From Diadema antillarum (taxonomy: Eukaryota): a stretch of 64,000 nt of DNA. The translations under genes were made by a program, and so were the position numbers. The notes below the pieces were generated by a model. The model saw only the letters and a list, made by a program, of their open reading frames with translations, did not search any database and was not told the origin of the DNA. Of this stretch, positions 61,201 through 64,000 are shown piece after piece (within the stretch, counting starts at the first letter, position 1; the number at the start of each line of letters is the position of its first letter). The stretch spans positions 1-64,000 of the forward strand of contig NW_027271136.1 in assembly GCF_040938485.1 (NCBI RefSeq), in the 5' to 3' direction.

Positions 61201-64000
61201 CTCCGCTGCACAGGAGAAGCATCCTTTCCTGCTCAGATTCTATTTTTATGCCTCGGCCACATAGTGGTGCTAGACATTGCAGTTTTTAATTAATTCATTT
61301 TCTTTTTGTCGTTGTCAAGCAGTATATCTAGCCAGCCATTTCTCAAGATTATTCATCCCTACCTTGAGAGTTCCCTTGACAGAGTATGGCATTGTCCTTA
61401 AACTTCTGGCATGTATACGTGATCATAACCTCAGGCATCATGGTGAACTGATTGGGTCAAAGGTCAAAGCTCATGGACCATAAGTCCAAGACCTTGTTCA
61501 CTCTTTCAGCAATAATTCAGTAAGCTTTCAACTATATCATTACACTTGGTACATATGGAAAATACCATTTTTAAAATAAAGCTATTCACCTGTGTGATTT
61601 GGGGATAGAATAGCTGAAGGTCAAAGGTAAGGATGGTTAGATACAATAATATCTATTTGGACAAAAATCTGCTGAACTGAAGTCAAACATGGTAGAATTT
61701 ATAAACTATGGGAGGGACACTTTACTGCCATGATTTGAGGCTACAGCTGTGAGGTGAGGGTCAAATACTGAGGTCGGCTTCCGAAGCATCATGGTTTCTG
61801 TTACAGGTTAGGAATCATTGTGCATTATTTCATTAAACTGCATTCATATAATTATAGCTGTATTGTTTTGTGAGTGACAGGCCATGCTCCTTCTGACATT
61901 TTTTACAGTTACTGGCTCATGTATGCCTTTAAAAAAAGAGCATACTGTGGTAGGTTAGGTGCATCTTATGACTAATCTAAGTGCCTTCTGCTATGTGGAG
62001 CTACATGTGACAAAATCATGCATTTGACTTTGCTGAGAACTTTGTCAGAGTTTCGGAATCATAGATAAACCAGCAGCTACCATATGCCCTCCATGCCTCG
62101 TAACAGTTGATAAGATTGTTGCTCTCATAACACTGCAAACCAGAAAGTAATGGGCTCGTAGAAAGGCCTGGAAAATTGGGAAAATCGTAGATCTCTCTCT
62201 AACTTTGGTTTGTTGTGTGGTACTCGTCTTTGACTTGGAAAGGAAAACCACTGAAGCAAGAAAACTTTGCGTGCTTTCTCAGCGATACACCCCACAGTAT
62301 GCACTCTGCAGACTAAATTACTTTCCCTCGGAGGTATAAGGCATTTCCAGGAAACTGACATACGTCAAGCATGCCAAGCACAATTTGATTTCGCATTCTA
62401 ATCGAGTACCCGGAGCCCCGAGCTTGTCTGCAACTCGGCTTCGTAATCGCAGAGGGGGAGAGAGAGTGAGAGCCTCGCTAAAAGAAGTATTCCCACCCTG
62501 GTGCAGGAAAAATTCTATTAACCCTCGGCTAAACATGAACTTTTTCCCCCTCCACCTTCCCTTCTTTGCTCATTCTTGTTTCAGTGAGGGCATGTTTGTA
62601 GCTCCGTGGCGAGGGCAAAGCTGCCTGTAAAAGTACAATGCTTTTTTTTTTTTTCTCTGGCAAGGGATTTCAGAGAAGTCCAGATGGCATTTTTGTCATT
62701 AGGTGGAGGAGTATGACAGATCTGTTGTGTTCGTTTTCAGGTTGTAATGTGCACGAGCACTGCACTCTCAAATGTATGTAGAAGTTGGTTCCCCCCCCCC
62801 CCCCCCAGTCCCACCTAGTTGTCTGATTGCCCTGACATTAGGACTTCAGGGACACTTTGCAAGTGAATGAAATTGGAGCTGAAGACATGACAAGGGTCCC
62901 TTGTAAGATCTGTAGATGTCGGTACACTCTAATACCGAGCGAATGCACTGGTGTGCTCAAATTTTAAAGAGTTTGTGTAATCTCTGCACTTTGCCATACA
63001 TTTTACCTTTCCGTTTCCCTGTTTACCCCCTCTCTCACCTCCCTTCTTGTTTGTTGTTGATGTTGTTGCTTTTTCTATCCTTTATGTATGTGTGTGTGTG
63101 TGTGTGTAAATTTGTGTTCTCATACTTTCTTTTCTCTTTATCGTCTTCTTTCTACCTTCACCAAGTGGTCAGGAACAGCAAGTGTGTGTTATTTGTAGTT
63201 GGCACTTCTTTTCATCTCTTACAATATTACTCATGTGCTCTCTAGTGTTTATGTCATATATCAATTCTTGTCTTGTGTTTGTTTTATTCTCCTTTTTCTC
63301 TCTGTTTGTCCTTTCTTCTTTTTGTCTCGCTGGTTGCCATGAATGGATAACTCATTTGGCCAAGATTATTCATCTCATCCCAATCAACCTTCAATGTGTG
63401 GGCGTCACCTGTAGCTGTCATGTCATTGCCACAAACAGTTTATCCACGGGGGCAAGGGGCAACAAGGGGCTACCAGAGGAAACTTTGATTTCAAATATTC
63501 CGTAAGGATTTCCAAGTTACAAGGAGGGATGGCAGGGTGAGGCAGCTGTGGGGCAGATCTTTTGGAGTTTATGGGGCACGTGTAGTTGTTTGTAGGATAT
63601 TATCCCACCCCCCCCCCCCCCAATTAGGCATTGATGGATTCACACTAATTACATCCCATGTTAGAGTCTTTGTCATGTCTTTATGTATGAGCATGTGTGT
63701 CTGTGTGTCTGTGTGTGTGTGTGTGTCTTAGGAGGGGAGGATGGTGGAAAGGGAATAGCATAGTGACTGATATGATATGCAGCAGCTCCTGTTTTTAACA
63801 TAAAAGGGCTAGTCTACAAGATACAGACATGTCTTTAGACTGCCTTTGTAGGCATGTGAAGAGACCAGCAAGTTTCACCAACCACATGTGTTCATATTAT
63901 TGAGAGGTGCATGTGAGCTGCAGCAAGCATTTCATTTGCCATATTGAGGAAATAACCATTTTTTTTAAAGTTTGAATGTGCTTTTTTGTTCTATTTTTCT

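Overview
AT-rich metazoan genomic DNA. The repeat content looks like an invertebrate deuterostome such as an echinoderm (inference). Almost the whole window is one 53,888-bp intron (1242..55129) of a CLEC16A orthologue, with coding exons at 1130..1241 and 55130..55295. The intron holds microsatellites, non-autonomous DNA transposons (Harbinger-, pogo/Tc1- and Helentron-type), a tRNA-derived SINE and a 217-bp foldback carrying a pair of Penelope-type hammerhead-like motifs. The main feature is an apparently intact 5,001-bp DIRS1-type tyrosine-recombinase retrotransposon (33728..38728) with gag, RT-RNaseH-MT and YR ORFs, ITRs and a perfectly complementary ICR. Best candidate for an undescribed system: this element seems to encode its own expression logic. 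A U_UUU_UUA -1 frameshift site in gag leads into the ATG-less pol frame. A 1,973-nt GT-AG intron, phase 0 at both ends, would swap pol for the recombinase, giving Gag, Gag-Pol and Gag-YR from one locus. Its 3' UTR also has extra pairing elements around the ICR. These mechanisms are inferred from sequence signals only. Nearly all other ORFs in the six-frame track are chance or low-complexity ORFs.
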